Positions 30,809 through 32,000 of a DNA stretch of 32,000 nucleotides are shown here, in pieces. The notes beneath the pieces are model-generated. The model saw only the letters and a program-made list of their open reading frames with translations, did not search any database and had not been told where the DNA came from. A program made the position numbers and the translations under genes. Origin of the DNA: Candidatus Saccharimonadota bacterium (GTDB taxonomy: Bacteria > Pseudomonadota > Gammaproteobacteria > Enterobacterales > Enterobacteriaceae); the NCBI GenBank assembly GCA_049942765.1, contig CP188086.1, forward strand, positions 390,001 to 422,000, read 5' to 3'. Numbering within the stretch: the stretch's first letter is position 1; each line of letters opens with the position of its first letter.

Positions 30809-32000
30809 ATGCAAATATTAAAATTTGGCGGAACTTCATTAGAAAATGCAAAAAAATTTTTACTTGTATCTAAAATAATTAGAAATAAAAACCATAATGA
30901 CCAAACTGCAATTGTACTTTCAGCACCCGCTACAATTACTAATCATTTAATAGATATTATAAAAACTGCAATACACCAACAAGATATAAATCCAAAAATT
31001 AATACCATAAAAAACATCTATACAACAATTAATACTGAAATAAACAATTATCAAAATAATTTTGATTATCAAAATACCTATAATATAATCGAAAAACAAT
31101 GCTCCAATCTTAAAAAGATTTTGTATAGTGTGAAATTAATAAAACAATGCCCAAAACATATTTATGCTTTTCTTATTTCTAGAGGAGAAATTTTTTCAAT
31201 AGAAATAATGAAATCTATATTACAAGCACAACAATATAACGTAACATTAATTAATCCTACAGAAACACTCATTTCTACAGGAGATATATTAAATTCTACT
31301 ATAGATATAGTAGAATCAACTAAAAATATTCAAAAAATAAAAATTCCATCTAATCATATAATTTTAATGCCTGGTTTTATTGCCGGAAACAAAAAAAAAG
31401 AACTAGTAGTATTAGGAAGAAATGGTTCTGATTATTCTGCTGCTATACTAGCAGCTTGTTTCAACGCTAAAAAATTAGAAATATGGACAGACGTAGATGG
31501 ATTATATACTTGTGATCCAAGAATCATATCTAATGCTCATCTTATAAAAATTATTTCATACCAAGAAGCTTTAGAACTATCATACTTAGGAGCTACTGTA
31601 TTACACCCAAAAACTATTTTACCAATTATGAATTTTAATATCCCATGTCACATCAAAAACACAAACAATATTCATTGTATTGGTACTGTTATTAATAATA
31701 CCCATGATACCACTAATAAATTAAATAATATCATTACAACAATTAAAAGTATTACATATATAAATAATATAGTTATGATTACTATAATACGTCAAAACAA
31801 TAAAATTTATTTTTCAATATTAAAAAAAATCCTATATGCTCTAGAGCATCACAATGTGTGGATAATATCAATTATACAATCAATAGAATCAAATTTAAAT
31901 TTTTTCATTCAAGAAGATAAATTATCTAAAACAATAGAAATTGTTACACAAAAATTAAAATCATCAATTAGCGATAATATTAATCAAATAGTCAAAATAA
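30809..32000 (+). CDS. thrA: Bifunctional aspartokinase I / homoserine dehydrogenase I; 3' end lies outside the window
   Basis: This gene is missing from the ORF track because no stop falls inside the window. I translated it by hand and the frame stays open from the ATG at 30809 to base 32000. MQILKFGGTSLENAKKF, VLSAPATITNHL, LGRNGSDYSAAILAAC, EIWTDVDGLYTCDPR and SYQEALELSYLGATVLHPKTI match the aspartokinase domain of E. coli ThrA. Confidence 0.93.
   Translation, partial: MQILKFGGTSLENAKKFLLVSKIIRNKNHNDQTAIVLSAPATITNHLIDIIKTAIHQQDINPKINTIKNIYTTINTEINNYQNNFDYQNTYNIIEKQCSNLKKILYSVKLIKQCPKHIYAFLISRGEIFSIEIMKSILQAQQYNVTLINPTETLISTGDILNSTIDIVESTKNIQKIKIPSNHIILMPGFIAGNKKKELVVLGRNGSDYSAAILAACFNAKKLEIWTDVDGLYTCDPRIISNAHLIKIISYQEALELSYLGATVLHPKTILPIMNFNIPCHIKNTNNIHCIGTVINNTHDTTNKLNNIITTIKSITYINNIVMITIIRQNNKIYFSILKKILYALEHHNVWIISIIQSIESNLNFFIQEDKLSKTIEIVTQKLKSSISDNINQIVKI

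Overview
This window is extremely AT-rich: by eye about 20-25% G+C in genes, with spacers close to pure A/T (not computed). It looks like a reduced-genome gammaproteobacterial (Enterobacterales-derived) insect endosymbiont, Buchnera-like in gene content and order. That lineage call rests on my memory of synteny and was not searched.

I can support 23 housekeeping or biosynthetic genes by direct similarity to E. coli orthologues:
- + strand: ilvI (5' partial), ilvH, rsmH, ftsA, ftsZ, erpA, mtn, speE, speD
- - strand: lpdA, aceF, aceE, guaC, secA, leuA, leuD, leuC, leuB, truA
- then dksA and pcnB (+), hpt (-), and thrA (+, 3' partial)

I found no tRNA or rRNA genes, IS elements, phage genes, CRISPR arrays or defence-type genes, and no novel multi-gene system.

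The points worth a second look are genome-erosion phenomena:
1. truA is broken by a frameshift exactly at an A10 homopolymer. Its conserved C-terminus continues intact in the frame that an A11 transcript would read. This makes it a candidate for rescue by transcriptional slippage.
2. The leucine operon is circularly permuted as leuB-leuC-leuD, a 608-bp spacer, then leuA. This fits linearisation of a circular leuABCD replicon or a local rearrangement.
3. The dcw cluster is collapsed: rsmH is followed by a 461-bp spacer and then ftsA-ftsZ. mraZ, ftsL, ftsI, the mur genes, ftsW, ddl, ftsQ and lpxC are all absent here.
4. About 19% of the window is long A/T spacers, 220-830 bp each. They sit where the ancestral genome carried genes. 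Several contain long perfect inverted repeats, including a 22-bp perfect stem, and hairpins in terminator-like positions.
5. There are protein-level reductions: AceF has a single lipoyl domain, and the SecA and PcnB C-terminal tails are lost.

Everything was read by eye, with no searches or folding calculations.
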